Assembly: GCF_006345805.1 (NCBI RefSeq)
Contig: NC_043001.1
Span: forward strand, 39,308,001 to 39,372,000
Direction: 5' to 3'
Length of the DNA: 64,000 nt
From: Octopus sinensis
Taxonomy: Eukaryota
Positions 61,535-64,000 of the stretch are shown here, in pieces. The notes under the pieces are model-generated. The model had not been told where the DNA came from. It searched no databases and worked only from the letters and a program-made list of their open reading frames with translations. The position numbers and the translations under genes are program-made. How positions within the stretch are numbered: the stretch's first letter is position 1; every line of letters begins with the position of its first letter.

Positions 61535-62165
61535 CGATCACACTTGGCTTGACAGGTCTTCTCAAGCACAGCATATCACCCAACGTTTAAGGAGTGATTT
61601 TACGTTACATGCCAGTTACAAGACACTGGCATTGGCCATGCCTTGGAACTCACTCAGTTCGGCCTTCCTTCTCAAGCACAGTATATCGCCAAAGGTCATG
61701 GTCACTTGTCATTGCTTCCATGAGGCTCAACATTTGAAGATCAGGCTTCACAACCTCGTCCCGTGTCTTCCTGGGTCTACCTCTTCCAGAAGTTCCCTCC
61801 ACCACCAGAGCGTGGCACTTCTTCACACAACTGTCCTCATCCATCCACATCACATGACCATACCAGCGCAGTCGCCTCTCTTGCACACCACATCTAATGC
61901 CTCTTATACCCAGCTTTTATCTCAAGACGCTTACACTTTGTCGTACATGCACATTGACATTACAGATCCTGTGAAGCATACTAACTTCATTTCTTACAAG
62001 CCTGCTCATGTCCTCGGCAGCCACAGCCCATGTTTCACTGCCGTGTAGCATGGCTGTTCGCACACAGGCATAATATATTCTTTCGTTCACTCTGAGAGAG
62101 AGGCCTTTGGTTACTAGCAAAGGCAGGAACACTCTGAACTCCGCCCAGCCTGTTCTTATTCTAGT
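61535..62165 (-). mobile_element. RTE LINE 3' fragment abutting the Gypsy gag
   Basis: WAEFRVFLPLLVTKGLSLRV...MLHGSETW and QERRLRWYGHV...GRGRPRKT. Confidence 0.88.
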
Positions 62166-62322
62166 AGCTTCACACACACACACACACACACACAAACACG
62201 CGCATACACATATATACAATATATATACATTCACACATACATACACAGACATACATCCATACACACACACACACACAGCGATAATAAATCGCTGAGCGAG
62301 ATGTAAACAGTAGCAGCACAAA

Positions 62323-62436
62323 ATCGTGAAGTATATTTGCCACCTAAATGTGGCTGAGTCATAGGAGACAATGCTATAAACAACAGTAGCATCGTCCCCT
62401 ATGGGTCAACCACATTTAGGTAGCACATATACTTCA

Positions 62437-62440
<4 letters not shown>
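62323..62440. repeat. 118-bp foldback (54-bp arms, 7 mismatches, 10-nt loop) next to a (TA)n tract
   Basis: atcgtgaagtatat...aatgcta and tagcatcg...atatacttcacgat. Confidence 0.88.
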
Positions 62441-62517
<77 letters not shown>

Positions 62518-62974
62518 ACCTTCGGAATACTGTTCATTCGGATTACATTTCTGCACCTTGATTAGGTATCATTACAATTTGTCCGTGACTCTTCTACTTT
62601 ATCTTGTCCTCCTTCTACCTATCTTCTGTTCTACTTCTACTCTCCTTCACTTTCTCTTTCCCTTTTTGTTGCCACCAATAACACCTACACCGACATTCAC
62701 AACCTCTAACCATGCCTGATCCCCACTCCTACCTCCAGTACATTCAATCCCTTCTTTGCCGTTTTCTTTCCTCCCCCGCCCAATGTTTGCAACCCGCAAA
62801 AACTCTCTCACTAGCTTAAAAAGCCCCAAAAAACTCGCCACTCTAGCCGACTCTGTTTTCTTAGCCGTTGCTTCATCACTTCATACCCCTTGGCTTATTT
62901 TATATTGTATTAACTTCTTCTTTATCCCCTATCAACTTTATTTTATTATAATTTATATTTTATTTTATTTCTAT

Positions 62975-63900
62975 ATACACGCACACATACACACACATGT
63001 ACATATATACACACATGAAAAAATACACGCACCCGTGCACACACAAGAACGCACATATACCTCCCACACACACCATACACATACAACACATACATGCACA
63101 TACGCATACATCCACACACGCACAAACACGCACATGCATACAAGCACACACATACACGCATACATACACACACATGCACCCACGCACACACATCCATGCA
63201 CATATACCTCACATATACCCCACACACACACGATACACAACACGCGCACACACACACGTACACAAACGCACATACACATATACACGCACATGAATACACA
63301 CAACACACACTCATGCAGACACGCACACAATTACACACACATGGGCATAAACACACGCACATACACGCAAACACGCGCGTAAGCACACTCACTCACACAT
63401 ACAGGAACGCACATATACCCCCGCACATAACCCCACACACAACCACACACACGAACTCACATACACACACATATACATAAACACACGCGCATACACAATA
63501 TGTACATACACGCACATACACATCCGCACACACATATACACGCACAAACACACACACACCAATGCGCGCGCATACATACGAATGCACACAAATCTAACAC
63601 TCACAACTCCCAACACCTACTTACACACATACGCACACATAAATGCACTCACAACTACACGCACATACGCATACACACGCACACACAGTAACGCACATTT
63701 ACTTCACAGCTACAACCCCACACACAAACAAACGCATACACACATATACACAAGTACACACACATACATACACTCACACACAGACACAGGTCCAAACTAC
63801 ACACAAAATACACTCACACACAACATATACATACACGCACATACACATACTTCAAACTACCAGTTATACACCTTTTCACTGACCATTCTCCTATGCACAT
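62975..63900. repeat. Degenerate (CA/TA)-rich low-complexity tract
   Basis: Directly visible; source of the H/T- and C/V-rich ORFs. Confidence 0.95.
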
Positions 63901-64000
63901 GTGAAGGAAGACACACATAAGACATCCACTCCTACCAAAAATTCTTACTATAAATTCTTCCTACGACATTAAGCGACACAAAGTCCACTCACACACACAT

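Noticed and set aside
54489-64000. Signal-peptide first exon or promoter of the Ig gene
   Set aside because: No convincing ATG-hydrophobic-phase-1 donor found; the region is almost entirely TE and low-complexity sequence, so the exon probably lies outside the window.

Overview
AT-rich, microsatellite- and transposon-dense eukaryotic DNA. The SINE/RTE repertoire looks like a coleoid cephalopod (octopus-like) genome; this is an inference from memory, not a database result. The only host gene I can support is a minus-strand immunoglobulin-superfamily gene. Six phase-1/phase-1, GT-AG exons (54488-54207, 35468-35157, 21783-21463, 11657-11403, 7979-7728, 2910-2662) splice into a stop-free 557-codon frame with one Ig-like domain per exon and 22 N-glycosylation sequons. 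Its first (signal-peptide) exon and its 3' end were not found in the window. The introns are filled with RTE, CR1-like, R4/Dong-like and Penelope-like non-LTR elements, Ty3/Gypsy remnants, Tc1/mariner elements, Helitron-like MITEs, SINEs, foldbacks and microsatellites. The most striking non-coding signal is at 32.1-32.5 kb: two different hammerhead-ribozyme folds on opposite strands, with predicted cleavage sites ~210 nt apart. One has a fully canonical core and lies on the sense strand of the Ig gene intron. Both sit beside a 430-bp foldback. Also notable are a variable-number array of a 62-bp putative pseudoknot unit in RTE 3' UTRs, a LINE/SINE pair sharing a 3' hairpin with compensatory changes, and an inverted repeat that preserves the empty site of a Helitron insertion. 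All structures were folded by eye, none were computed, and most TE boundaries are approximate.
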